From Deltaproteobacteria bacterium (GTDB lineage: Bacteria > Desulfobacterota > JBBIRW01): DNA of 64,000 bases. The notes beneath the pieces are model-generated. The model saw only the letters and a list, made by a program, of their open reading frames with translations. It did no database searches and was not told the DNA's origin. The stretch lies in the NCBI GenBank assembly GCA_037441565.1, contig JBBIRW010000006.1, forward strand, positions 71,441 through 135,440, written 5' to 3'. This document shows, in pieces, positions 1 through 11,601 of the stretch; the stretch's first letter is position 1; the number at the start of each line of letters is the position of its first letter. The translations under genes and the position numbers were made by a program.

Positions 1-1
1 G

Positions 2-958
2 GAGAAGAAGATAAAAAGGGTTGTTTTTGAAATATTAAGTGAGGCAAAAAAAATCGCAGTGTCAAAAGGTGAGCCCCTGTGTGCAGTGCTTTTTGGCTAT
101 GGGATAAAAGACCTTTCCCCTGAACTTGCAGCATATGGTGCTGAGAAGATCTTTGTTGTGGATGATGAGATCCTGGATAGTTATTCCAATGAATCTTATT
201 CAGCTGTTCTTGCAGATCTTGCCCGAAACTATCAGCCATCAATTATCCTTGGTGGAGCCACCGCTATGGGGAAAGATTTTCTTCCAAGGGTTGCAGCAAA
301 ACTTGATACAGGTATCGCATCGGATTGTGTTTCTTTTTCAGTTGATGAAGATGGAAGGGTTACCTTCAGGAGACCAGTTTATGCTGGAAAGGCACTTATA
401 GATGTTTACTGTGATGGAATGCCACAGATGGCCACAATCAGACCAAACGTGCTCGACCTTGCAGAACCTGACAGTTCAAGGAAGTCAGAGATTATAGAAT
501 GGCAGGTTTCTCAGGATGCAAGAAAAATAAGGGCAAGGATCAAGGAAACCATAAAGGGTGCGAGCAGCAGACCGGATCTCACCGAAGCAAGGATCATTGT
601 CTCCGGGGGGAGGGCTATGAAAAGCGCTGATAATTTCAAAATCCTCTATGATCTTGCTGATCTACTGGGTGCAGCTGTTGGTGCTTCAAGGGCTGCAGTG
701 GACTCTGGTTATGCCTCCCATGACATGCAGGTAGGGCAGACGGGAAAAACAGTAACCCCCAATCTATACATCGCATGCGGAATCTCAGGCGCTATCCAGC
801 ATCTTGCAGGTATGAGGACATCAAAGTGTATCGTTGCAATAAATAAAGATCCTGAGGCACCAATATTTAAAATCGCAGACTATGGAATCGTGGGTGATCT
901 TTTTAAGATTGTTCCACTTCTTACAGAAGAACTGAAAAAGATTCTCAAGGAACAGTAA
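2..958 (+). CDS. etfA: Electron transfer flavoprotein alpha subunit (5' end outside window)
   Basis: [43 protein letters not shown] motifs; frame open from position 2. Confidence 0.95.
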   Translation, partial: EKKIKRVVFEILSEAKKIAVSKGEPLCAVLFGYGIKDLSPELAAYGAEKIFVVDDEILDSYSNESYSAVLADLARNYQPSIILGGATAMGKDFLPRVAAKLDTGIASDCVSFSVDEDGRVTFRRPVYAGKALIDVYCDGMPQMATIRPNVLDLAEPDSSRKSEIIEWQVSQDARKIRARIKETIKGASSRPDLTEARIIVSGGRAMKSADNFKILYDLADLLGAAVGASRAAVDSGYASHDMQVGQTGKTVTPNLYIACGISGAIQHLAGMRTSKCIVAINKDPEAPIFKIADYGIVGDLFKIVPLLTEELKKILKEQ

Positions 959-1040
959 GGTCACGCAGAAGTACTTCTTATATTAAAGGGATGGGTATAT
1001 ACTTGAAAATGCAAATAGTTCTGGTGTCATAGGGTATTGG

Positions 1041-2450
1041 ATGCTTGATGAAAAGATTAAAAGGGAATTAATAAGGATATTTGGCGAGGAAGGGTTTTCG
1101 GATAAGTTTGAGGACAGGGTATGTTACAGCTTTGATGCAACAAATCTGGAGTTTATACCTGATGCTATTACCTTTCCTGTTACATCAGAACAGATAAGCG
1201 AACTATTAAAGATCGCAAATGAGAACCTTATTCCTGTTACCCCAAGGGGTGCTGGAACAGGTTATACTGGAGGCTCTCTCCCTGCAAAGGGTGGGATAGT
1301 GGTCTGCTTTTCAAAGATGGACAGGATTCTCCGTATTGATAGAGAGAATCTCTATGCAGTGGTTGAGCCAGGTGTTATAACAGGTGTTCTACAGAGGGAG
1401 GTTGAAAAGTATGGCCTTTTTTACCCTCCTGATCCATCAAGTCTTAATGTTTGCACTATTGGAGGGAATGTTGCGGAGAATGCCGGCGGACCAAGGGCCG
1501 TAAAATATGGTGTTACAAGGGATTATGTAATGGCCCTTGAAGTGGTCCTGCCTGCAGGTGAAATTATAAACACGGGTGTTAAAACAAAGAAGGGTGTTGT
1601 GGGATATGATCTTACCCAGCTTCTTGTGGGATCTGAAGGAACACTGGGGATAATTACGAAGGTTTACCTGAGGCTGATTCCACTTCCCAAGGCAAGAAGA
1701 ACAATGGCCGCCCTATTTCCGGATCCGGAGAGTTCAGGTTCAGCAGTAGTTAAAATAGTTTCTTCAAGAATAGTTCCATCAACCCTTGAATTTATGGATG
1801 ATATATGCATGGATGTCGTGGAGCGCTATCTTGGAGAGAGATTATGGGGAGAGTCCGGTTGCATGCTTCTTATAGAGGTTGATGGGACAATGGACACAAT
1901 AGAGAAGGAATCAGAAGAGATAGAAAAGATATGCGCACTCTCCGGGGCTATAAGGTTCAGAAGTGCAAGGGAGAGGAAGGATGAGGAACTCCTCTGGAGG
2001 GCAAGGAGATCCATTTCGCCTGCGCTCTACAGGATCGGTCCTGAAAAGATTAATGAGGATGTTGTTGTTCCAAGAAGTGAACTTCCATCAGCACTTAAGA
2101 AATTCAGTGAAATTGGAAAGAAATACAGGCTATTCATGGCAAACTTCTCTCACGCAGGGGATGGGAATATCCACGTCAATATTATGATATCTGGAAAGGA
2201 TGATGATGAAAGAAGGAGGGCTTACAGGGCAGTCGAGGAGATCTTCGATATCACAATTAAACTTGGAGGAACTATTTCAGGTGAGCATGGCGTGGGGATA
2301 ACAAAGGCGCCCTTTTTGGGTAAGGAACTCACAACAGGGCAGATTGAATTGATGAAAAGGATAAAGAAAGTTTTTGATCCAAAGGGAATTTTGAATCCCG
2401 GCAAGATCTTTCCAGGGGATTGCCCGGATTTCCTTTCACAGCTTCATTAG
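1041..2450 (+). CDS. FAD-linked oxidase, GlcD/D-lactate dehydrogenase family
   Basis: PRGAGTG, PPDPSS, TIGGNVAENAGG, GSEGTLG, HAGDGNIH, GEHGVG, DPKGILNPGK. Confidence 0.9.
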   Translation: MLDEKIKRELIRIFGEEGFSDKFEDRVCYSFDATNLEFIPDAITFPVTSEQISELLKIANENLIPVTPRGAGTGYTGGSLPAKGGIVVCFSKMDRILRIDRENLYAVVEPGVITGVLQREVEKYGLFYPPDPSSLNVCTIGGNVAENAGGPRAVKYGVTRDYVMALEVVLPAGEIINTGVKTKKGVVGYDLTQLLVGSEGTLGIITKVYLRLIPLPKARRTMAALFPDPESSGSAVVKIVSSRIVPSTLEFMDDICMDVVERYLGERLWGESGCMLLIEVDGTMDTIEKESEEIEKICALSGAIRFRSARERKDEELLWRARRSISPALYRIGPEKINEDVVVPRSELPSALKKFSEIGKKYRLFMANFSHAGDGNIHVNIMISGKDDDERRRAYRAVEEIFDITIKLGGTISGEHGVGITKAPFLGKELTTGQIELMKRIKKVFDPKGILNPGKIFPGDCPDFLSQLH

Positions 2451-2538
2451 ATATGAGTGTCCTTTGATTAAGTGGATAAAATGGGATAAAATATTTACAC
2501 ATTTTAATTAAAAATATGTTTTATTTCTGGAGGTATAG

Positions 2539-4089
2539 ATGGGCATTGAGATGAATTTAAAGATCCTTGAAGAACTCCATCAGAAAGCAGAACTGGGCGG
2601 TGGGATTGATAAGATCGAAAGACAGCACAAGGCAGGCAAACTTACCGCAAGGGAGAGGATAGATCTTCTTCTTGATAAGGGATCCTTTGTGGAACTGGAC
2701 AAATTTGTTACTCACAGATGTACAGATTTTGGTATGGATAAGCAGAAGATACCTGGTGATGGTGTAATTACAGGCTACGGGTACATAGATGGCAGGCTTG
2801 TGTTTGTCTTTTCACAGGATTTTACCGTATTTGGGGGATCATTGAGTAAGGCATATGCTGAAAAGGTCTGTAAGATCATGGATCTCGCAATGAAAACGGG
2901 CGCACCTGTTATAGGTCTTAATGATTCAGGAGGGGCAAGAATCCAGGAAGGTGTTCAAAGCCTTGCAGGCTATGCGGATATATTTTTAAGAAACACCCTC
3001 GCATCAGGTGTTATACCACAGATCTCTGCAATCCTTGGCCCATGTGCAGGAGGTGCTGTATATTCTCCAGCGATAACAGATTTTGTATTCATGGTTAAGG
3101 ATATATCCTATATGTTTGTAACAGGCCCTGATGTAATAAAGGCAGTAACACATGAGGATATAACCAAAGAGGAACTCGGCGGTCCCCATGTACATGCAAC
3201 CTTGAGCGGTGTTGCGCATTTTGTTGCTGAGGATGAAAAGGAGTGTTTCATGATGATAAGGGAACTCATGAGTTTCCTTCCACTTAATAATATGGAGGAC
3301 CCACCTGTAAGGGAATGCACCGATGATATATTCAGAAGGGAAGAGAAACTCAAGTATATAGTGCCTGATAATCCCAACAAGCCCTATGATATAAAGGAAA
3401 TCATCAGGGCTGTTGTTGACGATGGGTACTTTTTTGAGGTTCAGGAGTACTTTGCAAAAAATATTGTAATAGGTTTTGCCCGATTCAATGGAAGACCTGT
3501 GGGTATTGTTGCCAATCAACCGGCAGTTCTCGCGGGATGTCTTGACATAAACTCATCAATTAAGGCTGCACGATTTGTAAGATTCTGCGATGCGTTTAAC
3601 ATTCCTATAGTGACATTTGAGGATGTTCCTGGATTCCTGCCTGGAACTGCACAGGAATTCGGAGGTATTATAAAGCATGGTGCAAAGCTCCTCTATGCTT
3701 ACTGTGAGGCCACTGTCCCGAGGATCACGGTTATTACAAGAAAGGCCTATGGGGGTGCATACTGTGTGATGTCAAGCAAGCATATACGTGGGGATATAAA
3801 TTACGCATACCCAACAGCAGAGATTGCAGTAATGGGTCCTGATGGCGCTGTAAATATCATATTTCGGAATCTACTTGCAAAGGCAGAGGATCCCGATAGG
3901 GAAAGGGAAAAGCTTATTCAGGAATACAGGGATAAGTTTGCCAATCCATTTGTAGCTGCAGAGCTTGGCTATATAGATGAAGTTATAAGGCCTGAGGATA
4001 CCCGGCCCAAGATCATCCAGGCCCTTGAGATGCTTAAAAATAAAAGGGATACCAATCCACCCAAAAAACATGGTAATATACCACTCTAA
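2539..4089 (+). CDS. pccB: Propionyl-/methylmalonyl-CoA carboxyltransferase subunit
   Basis: [39 protein letters not shown]-terminal KKHGNIPL. Confidence 0.92.
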   Translation: MGIEMNLKILEELHQKAELGGGIDKIERQHKAGKLTARERIDLLLDKGSFVELDKFVTHRCTDFGMDKQKIPGDGVITGYGYIDGRLVFVFSQDFTVFGGSLSKAYAEKVCKIMDLAMKTGAPVIGLNDSGGARIQEGVQSLAGYADIFLRNTLASGVIPQISAILGPCAGGAVYSPAITDFVFMVKDISYMFVTGPDVIKAVTHEDITKEELGGPHVHATLSGVAHFVAEDEKECFMMIRELMSFLPLNNMEDPPVRECTDDIFRREEKLKYIVPDNPNKPYDIKEIIRAVVDDGYFFEVQEYFAKNIVIGFARFNGRPVGIVANQPAVLAGCLDINSSIKAARFVRFCDAFNIPIVTFEDVPGFLPGTAQEFGGIIKHGAKLLYAYCEATVPRITVITRKAYGGAYCVMSSKHIRGDINYAYPTAEIAVMGPDGAVNIIFRNLLAKAEDPDREREKLIQEYRDKFANPFVAAELGYIDEVIRPEDTRPKIIQALEMLKNKRDTNPPKKHGNIPL

Positions 4090-4111
4090 TTGGTAGGAGG
4101 GTTGGTGAAGT

Positions 4112-5608
4112 ATGTTTAAAAAGGTCCTCATAGCTAACAGGGGGGAGATTGCAGTTCGCATCATAAGGGCTTGCAGAGAGCTCGGGATCAGTCCTGTTGC
4201 TGTTTATTCTGAACCTGACAGAAATGCACTTCATGTGAAGTATTCTGATGAATCATACTGCATAGGTCCTGCATCTTCCCAGCAGAGCTATCTCAATATG
4301 GAGAAGATTATTAAAGTTGCAGAGGAGGCAGGTGTTGAAGCAATCCATCCGGGTTACGGATTTCTTGCTGAAAATGCTAACTTTGCAAGGAGATGTGAGG
4401 AATGCGGTTTTGTATTTATAGGACCAAAGGCGGATACCATTGAAAAGATGGGTTACAAGGTGACTGCAAGAAAAACAATGATGGAGGCAGGCGTTCCTGT
4501 TGTTCCCGGGACAGTTGAACCAATAAAGGATGATAATGAAGCCTTTGAAATAGCATCTGAAATAGGATATCCAATTATACTCAAGGCTGCAGCGGGTGGT
4601 GGAGGAAAGGGGATGAGGCTTGTCAGGGATGAGAAGGAGATGAGAAGTGCCCTTCGTGGAGCAAGATCCGAGGCGCTTTCAGCATTTGGAGATGATGCAC
4701 TTTATATTGAAAAATATATTGAAAGACCAAGGCATATAGAGATACAGATCCTTTCGGATATGCATGGAAATACAGTCCATCTTTTCGAAAGGGAATGTTC
4801 GATACAGAGAAGACACCAGAAGGTGATAGAAGAGACCCCATCACCATTCATAAATGATGATATAAGAAAAAGGATGGGTGAGGTTGCTGTCAGGGCTGCC
4901 AGGGCTGCGCGCTATCTTGGTGCTGGAACTGTTGAGTTTATTGTTGACAGGGATAAAAACTTCTATTTCCTTGAAATGAATACAAGGATACAGGTAGAAC
5001 ATCCCATCACTGAAATGGTAACAGGTATAGATATCGTTAAAACACAGATAGAGATTGCTGCTGGAAAGGAGATACCATTTAAACAGGAGGATATCAGACA
5101 GCATGGATGGGCAATTGAATGCAGGATCTATGCAGAAGATCCTGAAAATAACTTTTTCCCAGCGCCGGGCAGGATCTATATCCTGAAGAATCCATCTGGT
5201 CCGGGGATAAGGGATGATTGTGGTATCTATGAAGGGTGCGAGGTTTCTGTCCATTACGATCCCCTGATATCCAAGCTTGTTGCATGGGGAAGAGACAGGA
5301 GAGAGGCAATAGAAAGGATGAAGCGCGCGCTCAGAGAATATGTAATAGTTGGTGTTAAAACGACCATACCATTTCATATATGGGCTCTTGAGGATGAAGA
5401 TTTCATAGCAGGAAATTTCGATACAACCTTTATTGAAAGAAAGTTCAAATCCATCCCGAGACAGAAGGAGGATAAGGAGGTTGCAGGCATCCTCAGCGCC
5501 ATTCTTACCCATATAAATGAAAAAACAAAAAAACCTACCGAAAAATCTTTATCTCAGGACTCTGCCTGGAAGATTGCAGGAAGAAGGATGCTCATGAACA
5601 GATTATAA
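4112..5608 (+). CDS. accC: Biotin carboxylase subunit
   Basis: IANRGEIA, HPGYGFLAEN, GGGGKGMR, RECSIQRRHQK, EMNTRIQVEHP. Confidence 0.93.
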   Translation: MFKKVLIANRGEIAVRIIRACRELGISPVAVYSEPDRNALHVKYSDESYCIGPASSQQSYLNMEKIIKVAEEAGVEAIHPGYGFLAENANFARRCEECGFVFIGPKADTIEKMGYKVTARKTMMEAGVPVVPGTVEPIKDDNEAFEIASEIGYPIILKAAAGGGGKGMRLVRDEKEMRSALRGARSEALSAFGDDALYIEKYIERPRHIEIQILSDMHGNTVHLFERECSIQRRHQKVIEETPSPFINDDIRKRMGEVAVRAARAARYLGAGTVEFIVDRDKNFYFLEMNTRIQVEHPITEMVTGIDIVKTQIEIAAGKEIPFKQEDIRQHGWAIECRIYAEDPENNFFPAPGRIYILKNPSGPGIRDDCGIYEGCEVSVHYDPLISKLVAWGRDRREAIERMKRALREYVIVGVKTTIPFHIWALEDEDFIAGNFDTTFIERKFKSIPRQKEDKEVAGILSAILTHINEKTKKPTEKSLSQDSAWKIAGRRMLMNRL

Positions 5609-5620
5609 GGAGAGCCTCAT

Positions 5621-6112
5621 ATGGCTTACGAAGTTGAGATAGATGGTGAGGTTTATAAGGTTGAGATTAATGAAGAGAGAGGCAGTATAATTGCAACTGT
5701 TAATGAAAAGCCATACCGTATAGGGGATATAAACATTGAGAAAAATGCAGTCTCCCTTTTTATTGGAAGGAAGGTTTTCGATGTATATTTCAATATTGAA
5801 AAGGATATTGTTCATCTCTATTTCGGAGGAAAATATTTCACAGCCCGTATAAGTGATGAAAGAAGATCAAGAAGGGAGAAAAAAGGGATTGTTTCTGGTA
5901 AACAGCTCATCTGTTCTATAATGCCAGGAAAGGTCCTTAAGATACTTGTTGATCCAGGAAAAGAGGTTCACCCTGATGAAGGCCTCATAGTGATAGAGGC
6001 TATGAAGATGGAAAATGAGATCAGATCACCCATTAAAGGGATTATAAGGGAAATATATGTAAAAGAAGGACAGGCTGTTGATACAGGCGAGAAGCTTGTC
6101 CTTGTTGAATGA
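5621..6112 (+). CDS. Biotin carboxyl carrier protein
   Basis: EAMKM biotinylation motif in C-terminal biotinyl domain; operon context. Confidence 0.9.
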   Translation: MAYEVEIDGEVYKVEINEERGSIIATVNEKPYRIGDINIEKNAVSLFIGRKVFDVYFNIEKDIVHLYFGGKYFTARISDERRSRREKKGIVSGKQLICSIMPGKVLKILVDPGKEVHPDEGLIVIEAMKMENEIRSPIKGIIREIYVKEGQAVDTGEKLVLVE

Positions 6113-6122
6113 GGGAGAGTCT

Positions 6123-7799
6123 ATGGGTGTTAATAGGAGTATGAAAGATGCTTTTGAAGCATGGGAAAGAAATACCCTCAAGGAATCACTTGCCCGACAG
6201 CCGGAAAGACAATCACAATTCGTTACTTCATCGGGCATTGTTGTGAACAGATTGTATTTACCATCGGATATCGATGATTTGGATTATCTGGAGGATATCG
6301 GGTTTCCTGGCCAGTACCCCTTTACAAGAGGTATTCAACCCACCATGTACAGGGGAAGGCTGTGGACAATGAGGCAGTATGCAGGGTTTGGGACAGCGGA
6401 GGAGACCAACAGAAGGTTTCTCTATCTCTTATCACAGGGACAAACAGGCCTCAGTGTTGCATTTGATCTGCCAACCCAGATGGGATATGATTCTGATCAT
6501 CCCATGGCAAGGGGTGAGGTCGGAAGAGTTGGTGTTGCGATTGACACTATCGAGGATATGGAGGTGCTTTTCCGTGATATACCCCTTGACAGGGTAAGCA
6601 CATCTATGACCATAAATGCAACGGCAGCAATCATCCTTGCAATGTATCTTGTGCTTGCCGAGAGGAGGGGTATTGACTGGAATAAGCTTGAGGGAACGAT
6701 ACAGAACGATATTCTCAAGGAATATGTTGCGAGAGGTTGCTACATATTCCCACCAGCTCCATCGATGAGGATAATCACAGACATATTTGCATTCTGCAGG
6801 GATTATGTTCCAAGGTGGAATACGATAAGTATAAGTGGATATCATATAAGAGAGGCTGGCGCAAATGCTGTTCAGGAGGTGGCATTTACACTTGCAAATG
6901 GTATCGCATATGTCCAGGCTGCTATAGATGCGGGGCTTAATGTGGATAGTTTTGCATCTCGTCTTTCATTCTTCTTTAATGTTCACAACAACTTCCTTGA
7001 GGAGATAGCGAAGTTCAGGGCTGCAAGGAGGCTCTGGGCAAGGATTATGAAAAATAGATTTGGTGCAAAGGACCCGCGATCACTGCTTCTGAGGTTTCAT
7101 ACACAGACTGCTGGATGCACACTTACTGCTCAACAGGTTGAAAATAATGTAGTCAGGGTTGCCATCCAGGCACTTGCAGCGGTGCTTGGAGGAACCCAGT
7201 CCCTTCACACAAATGCAAGGGATGAGGCACTTTCACTTCCTACAGAGGAGTCAGCAATGATAGCATTGAGAACCCAGCAGATAATCGCCTATGAGAGTGG
7301 AGTTACTGATACCATTGATCCTTTGGGTGGTTCATACTGCTTAGAATATCTCACTAAAAAGATTGAAGAAGAGGCATTGAGGTATATCAAAAAGATAGAT
7401 GAAATGGGTGGAGCTGTTGAGGCAGTTGAGGCTGGTTATATCCAGAAGGAGATAGAGGAGAGTGCCTACAGATATCAGATGGAGATAGAAAAGAAGGAGA
7501 GGATAATTGTTGGGGTCAACGAATTTTTAATGGATGAGGAGCCTATACAGAATATTCTGAGGGTTGATCCTGAATTGGAGAAGTTGCAGCGGGAAAGACT
7601 TAATGCCTTCAGGAAGAGGAGAAATTACAGGAATGTAGAGTTTGCACTGAATAGGGTTACAGATGCGGCCAGTGGTAGTGATAACCTGATGTTACCCATT
7701 ATAGAAGCAGTCAGGGAAGGAGCAACACTTGGTGAAATTTCCGATGCGCTGAGGTCTGTTTACGGGGAGTACAGGTCAACCGGATATTCGCTGTGTTAA
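6123..7799 (+). CDS. Methylmalonyl-CoA mutase substrate-binding (large) subunit, lacking the B12-binding domain
   Basis: [49 protein letters not shown]; no DxHxxG; ATG 6123 follows GAGGGAG. Confidence 0.9.
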   Translation: MGVNRSMKDAFEAWERNTLKESLARQPERQSQFVTSSGIVVNRLYLPSDIDDLDYLEDIGFPGQYPFTRGIQPTMYRGRLWTMRQYAGFGTAEETNRRFLYLLSQGQTGLSVAFDLPTQMGYDSDHPMARGEVGRVGVAIDTIEDMEVLFRDIPLDRVSTSMTINATAAIILAMYLVLAERRGIDWNKLEGTIQNDILKEYVARGCYIFPPAPSMRIITDIFAFCRDYVPRWNTISISGYHIREAGANAVQEVAFTLANGIAYVQAAIDAGLNVDSFASRLSFFFNVHNNFLEEIAKFRAARRLWARIMKNRFGAKDPRSLLLRFHTQTAGCTLTAQQVENNVVRVAIQALAAVLGGTQSLHTNARDEALSLPTEESAMIALRTQQIIAYESGVTDTIDPLGGSYCLEYLTKKIEEEALRYIKKIDEMGGAVEAVEAGYIQKEIEESAYRYQMEIEKKERIIVGVNEFLMDEEPIQNILRVDPELEKLQRERLNAFRKRRNYRNVEFALNRVTDAASGSDNLMLPIIEAVREGATLGEISDALRSVYGEYRSTGYSLC

Positions 7800-7861
7800 C
7801 TTGCTTGATTTTATCAGGGATGTTTCTATAATTGAGATAAAAGAGAAAGGGAGTTTGAAAA

Positions 7862-8224
7862 TTGAAAAAGATACTTATTGCAGAAGATGAGGTGAATATA
7901 AGAAACCTGCTTTCATATCTTCTCACCAATGAGGGGTATAACGTAATTATTGCTTCGGATGGTGAGGAGGCGCTTAAAAAGACGTTTTTTGAAAAACCTG
8001 ATCTCTTGCTTCTCGATATAATGATGCCAAAGAGAAACGGCTATGAGGTTGCCTGTATACTGCGTGATCAGCCCGAATTTAAAAACCTTCCCATAATAAT
8101 GCTCACTGCGAGGGGTGGGGAGCTTGATCAAAGAATGGGATACGCAACCGGTGCTAACGAGTACATTGCAAAGCCCTTCGAACCATCGGAACTTATTGCA
8201 ACCATAAAAAAGTATCTTCCCTGA
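7862..8224 (+). CDS. Single-domain response regulator (receiver)
   Basis: ILIAEDE, LLDIMMP, MLTA, YIAKPF; TTG start. Confidence 0.9.
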   Translation: MKKILIAEDEVNIRNLLSYLLTNEGYNVIIASDGEEALKKTFFEKPDLLLLDIMMPKRNGYEVACILRDQPEFKNLPIIMLTARGGELDQRMGYATGANEYIAKPFEPSELIATIKKYLP

Positions 8225-8243
8225 AATTAAATAAGGGAGTCCA

Positions 8244-8816
8244 TTGAAATCAGAGGGAAAGAGGGTTAAAAAATCTCTTCCAGCAAGAAATATCCTACTG
8301 AATGAGAAACAAATAGAAAAGCGCGTAAGGGAGCTTGCAAAGATTCTTTCATCCGATTACATAGGGAAGACACCACTTCTTATCGGGATACTGAAAGGTA
8401 GTTTCATATTTCTTAGTGATCTCATAAGATTTATGTCAATTCCTGTGGAGGTGGATTTCCTTTCCGTATCATCCTATGGACACTTTACAGAGTCACAGGG
8501 GATCATCAAGATAAGAAAGGATCTTGATGCAGATATCACAGGGAGGGATGTAATTATTGTTGAGGATATAATAGACACAGGTTTAACATTGAGTTACATA
8601 ATCGATCTTCTCTCTGTAAGAAATCCTGCATCGCTGAGGACATGCGTTCTTTTTCTGAAGAGAAAGGAAAGAAGGATAACAATAGATCCGCACTATATCG
8701 GTTTTGAGATCCCCGATGTATTTGTTGTGGGATATGGCCTGGATTTTAAGGAAAAGTTCAGAAATCTTCGATTTCTATGCACGTTGAAAGAAGATCTGCA
8801 CTCTGCCCCATCTTGA
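8244..8816 (+). CDS. hpt: Hypoxanthine phosphoribosyltransferase
   Basis: ILKGS, VEDIIDTGLT PRPP motif, FVVGYGLD. Confidence 0.93.
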   Translation: MKSEGKRVKKSLPARNILLNEKQIEKRVRELAKILSSDYIGKTPLLIGILKGSFIFLSDLIRFMSIPVEVDFLSVSSYGHFTESQGIIKIRKDLDADITGRDVIIVEDIIDTGLTLSYIIDLLSVRNPASLRTCVLFLKRKERRITIDPHYIGFEIPDVFVVGYGLDFKEKFRNLRFLCTLKEDLHSAPS

Positions 8817-8827
8817 TCTTTAAATAA

Positions 8828-8867
8828 AATAGGGCTCCGAAAATATTTCCATTTCCGGAGCCCTATT
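8828..8867. terminator. Bidirectional intrinsic terminator hairpin
   Basis: AATAGGGCTCCG ... CGGAGCCCTATT inverted repeat between convergent genes. Confidence 0.75.
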
Positions 8868-8887
8868 AATTATGGCTTCTACCCTTC

Positions 8888-9340
8888 CTATTTCTTTTCG
8901 GGCTTTGCTGGTTCAGCAGGCTTTGCAGGTTTTGCCGGTTCAGCTGGTTTTGCAGGGGCCTCGAGCTTGCTTACAGACTTCGCAATGTTTTTACCCTTCT
9001 TTTCCGTATACTTGATCTCAACTTGATCTCCAGCCTTAAGATCCGTGAGCTTTATCTTCTTCTCTCCTGCCTTTACAGCAGATTTTTTGGGAACGGAAAA
9101 AGTAACCTCTTTCCCTTCAACCTTTACGACTATGCTCCTTGGCTTTGCGGAGACCTTAACGACCTCTCCCTTGGCTGTTTTCTCCTCTACCTTTGCAGCT
9201 GGTTTCTCCTCCTTTGCAGCGGGCTTTTCTGGGGCAGCAGGCTTCTCAGGAGCAGCAGGTTTCTGCTGTGCGAGAACAGATGCTGCAAGGCTCAAAGATG
9301 CAATAGCTACTACGAAAACAATTAAAATTCTCTTAAGCAT
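8888..9340 (-). CDS. Secreted Pro/Ala/Lys-rich protein with central small beta domain
   Basis: Signal peptide ending VLA; PAAPEK and PAKPAE repeats; strong AAGGAGGTG RBS. Confidence 0.75.
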   Translation of the reverse strand: MLKRILIVFVVAIASLSLAASVLAQQKPAAPEKPAAPEKPAAKEEKPAAKVEEKTAKGEVVKVSAKPRSIVVKVEGKEVTFSVPKKSAVKAGEKKIKLTDLKAGDQVEIKYTEKKGKNIAKSVSKLEAPAKPAEPAKPAKPAEPAKPEKK

Positions 9341-9383
9341 TCTTCACACCTCCTTTCCTGAAAATTTTTTTCAATTAAAATTA

Positions 9384-9399
9384 TGCAATGCTAATGCCA
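9384..9399 (-). promoter_or_regulatory. Sigma-54 (-24/-12) promoter
   Basis: Minus strand TGGCATTAGCATTGCA, GG-N10-GC spacing, upstream of the 8888-9340 gene. Confidence 0.65.
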
Positions 9400-9572
9400 T
9401 AGATAATGCTGAATGGGATTTATAATATATCGATTTTTAAGCATTTTTTCCAATAAGAGGATTAGAGGATTTCTTTGGAGTGAGTAGAAATGTCCCATTG
9501 GTTGATTAATGGGTAAAAATGCCACATTCTATCAATTTGACCGATAATCTATGTTCAATTAAGATAAATTAC

Positions 9573-10052
9573 ATGCTGATCATTGTTTTACTTATTTTAT
9601 GGCTCCCTGGGTGTTATAACTATTCAAGTGAGATGCTATTATATACCCTTTCGCCACCATCACCATCCTGGAGGGTAGAAAAGGGGCCTTATCAATCCAC
9701 GATATTTTTTCATGAGATTGAGAATGCAGCAATAGCTATAAGAAAGGATTGTGATAGATTTTATAAAAAGATATCTCCAGGATTGATTTCGGATAAACTC
9801 TTCATCGGTATTGGTGGGAAAAGGGAGGTTCTCAAGAGAGAGGATATCGTTTTCAAAAATATTCCTGCCCTGAGGACTGTGCAACTTTTAAGGGTTGAGG
9901 GGGGTTTGATAAAGGTTGAAAATATACTGGTAATGAGGGATGGATGTGTGCTTGATATCATTTTTCTTGCGGAAGAGAATGCCTTTGATCACCTCAAAAA
10001 TGATTTCAGGAGATTCCTGGACGGAATTGATATGGAGGTGATCATGAAATGA
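9573..10052 (+). CDS. Putative lipoprotein heading the Mla-type operon
   Basis: Hydrophobic N-terminus ending LPGC lipobox; ATG 9573 more likely than 9519; stop overlaps the mlaE start. Confidence 0.6.
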   Translation: MLIIVLLILWLPGCYNYSSEMLLYTLSPPSPSWRVEKGPYQSTIFFHEIENAAIAIRKDCDRFYKKISPGLISDKLFIGIGGKREVLKREDIVFKNIPALRTVQLLRVEGGLIKVENILVMRDGCVLDIIFLAEENAFDHLKNDFRRFLDGIDMEVIMK

Positions 10053-10849
10053 AGAGGCTTGAGGCACGTGCACGGAGGTATCTGAGGAAACTTGAATATT
10101 TTTTTGATTATATGGGGGAGCTTTTCTTTCTCGGCATCTCTGTTCTGCGCTCCATTTTTAAAAGACCCATATATTTAAATATAACTCTTGAGAACTTTTA
10201 CTGGATATGTGTTCAGTCAGTTCCCATAATAGCAACCACTGCCCTTTTTACCGGGATGGTAATGGGATTGCAATCTGCTTTCGTGCTATCAAAATACGGC
10301 GCAAAAAACTATATAGGCATTGCGATCCCCCTTTCTATGGTAAGGGAGCTTGGCCCGGTCCTTACATCCCTTCTTGTTGCTGGAAGGGTTGGATCTGGAA
10401 TAACATCGGAGATCGGCTCAATGAAGGTAACCGAGCAGATTGATGCTATGAGGGCAATAGGTATTGATCCTGTGAAAAGGATCGTTACACCGAAGGTTAT
10501 CGCAACCCTGATAGCCCTTCCAGTTCTGACCTTTATTTCAGATCTCATGGGGATCGTTGGCGGTCTCATTATTTCCGTCTATGAAATAAGGATAGGTGGT
10601 ATTTTTTATATAGAAATGGCTTTCAGTGCAATGAAACTCGGTGATTTTTTCAATGGCATTGCTAAAAGTATCTTTTTTGCCTTTGTCATATCACTGATAA
10701 GCTGTCATCAGGGGATGAGGGCAGAAGGTGGCACAGAAGGGGTTGGAAAAGCAACTACTGCCACTGTGGTTATATCATCAATAATAATCCTCGTTTCAGA
10801 TTTTTTTCTGACTAAATTACTCCGTGGGGTAGAGGAGTTCTGGATATGA
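10049..10849 (+). CDS. mlaE: MlaE-family ABC permease
   Basis: RELGPVLT, AGRVGS, EIGSMKVTEQIDAM, GVGKATT. Confidence 0.9.
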   Translation: MKRLEARARRYLRKLEYFFDYMGELFFLGISVLRSIFKRPIYLNITLENFYWICVQSVPIIATTALFTGMVMGLQSAFVLSKYGAKNYIGIAIPLSMVRELGPVLTSLLVAGRVGSGITSEIGSMKVTEQIDAMRAIGIDPVKRIVTPKVIATLIALPVLTFISDLMGIVGGLIISVYEIRIGGIFYIEMAFSAMKLGDFFNGIAKSIFFAFVISLISCHQGMRAEGGTEGVGKATTATVVISSIIILVSDFFLTKLLRGVEEFWI

Positions 10850-11592
10850 GTAGAGAACCCGTGATTAAGGTTGTGGATGTATATAAGTCTTTTTTAAGAC
10901 AGAAGGTGCTCGAAGGGGTGAGCTTTGAAGTATATCCAGGTGAGACCTTTACCATAATAGGCGGAAGCGGACAGGGCAAAAGCGTTCTCCTTAAGCTTTT
11001 GCTTGGTTTAATAAAACCAGAGAAAGGGAGCATCTTCCTGTGGGGAAAGGATATCGTGCCCCTTGATGAGGACGAGATCCTTCCCATGAGAAAGAGGATT
11101 GGAATGGTATTTCAGGCATCAGCACTTTTTGATTCCCTCACGGTTTATGAAAATATAGCCTTTCCTCTCCGGGAGCATACCAATTTGGAAGAGCCAGTGA
11201 TAGAAAAGAGGGTGAAAGAGGCGCTTGAACTTGTGGATTTAAGGGGTGTTTTGCAAAAACTCCCTTCTGAATTGAGTGGAGGAATGAAAAAGAGAGTGGC
11301 GCTTGCAAGGGCAATAGTTCTTGAGCCTGAAGTCATCCTGTACGATGAGCCCACCTCAGGGCTTGATCCACTTACAGCAAGGAGAATTGGTGAACTGATC
11401 ATGAGAATTTCCCAGAAAACAGAGTCCACAACATCAGTTATCGTAACCCACGATATAGAACTTGCGTTTCATGTCTCTGACCGCATAGGTATGCTTCATG
11501 ACAGAAGGATAATCTTTACTGGAAAACCCGAAGAGCTTCGTTCGCATGAGTCTCTTGTAATCAGGGAGTTTATCTCTGGAGAGTGGCATTAG
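10846..11592 (+). CDS. mlaF: MlaF-family ABC ATPase
   Basis: GGSGQGKS, LSGGMKKR, LYDEPTSGLDP, VTHD. Confidence 0.9.
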   Translation: MSREPVIKVVDVYKSFLRQKVLEGVSFEVYPGETFTIIGGSGQGKSVLLKLLLGLIKPEKGSIFLWGKDIVPLDEDEILPMRKRIGMVFQASALFDSLTVYENIAFPLREHTNLEEPVIEKRVKEALELVDLRGVLQKLPSELSGGMKKRVALARAIVLEPEVILYDEPTSGLDPLTARRIGELIMRISQKTESTTSVIVTHDIELAFHVSDRIGMLHDRRIIFTGKPEELRSHESLVIREFISGEWH

Positions 11593-11601
11593 GGGGTTTC
11601 C

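Noticed and set aside
8888-9270. Short nucleotide repeats as a possible CRISPR or VNTR
   Set aside because: They are degenerate codon-level repeats of Pro/Ala/Lys peptides with no repeat-spacer structure; no cas genes are present.
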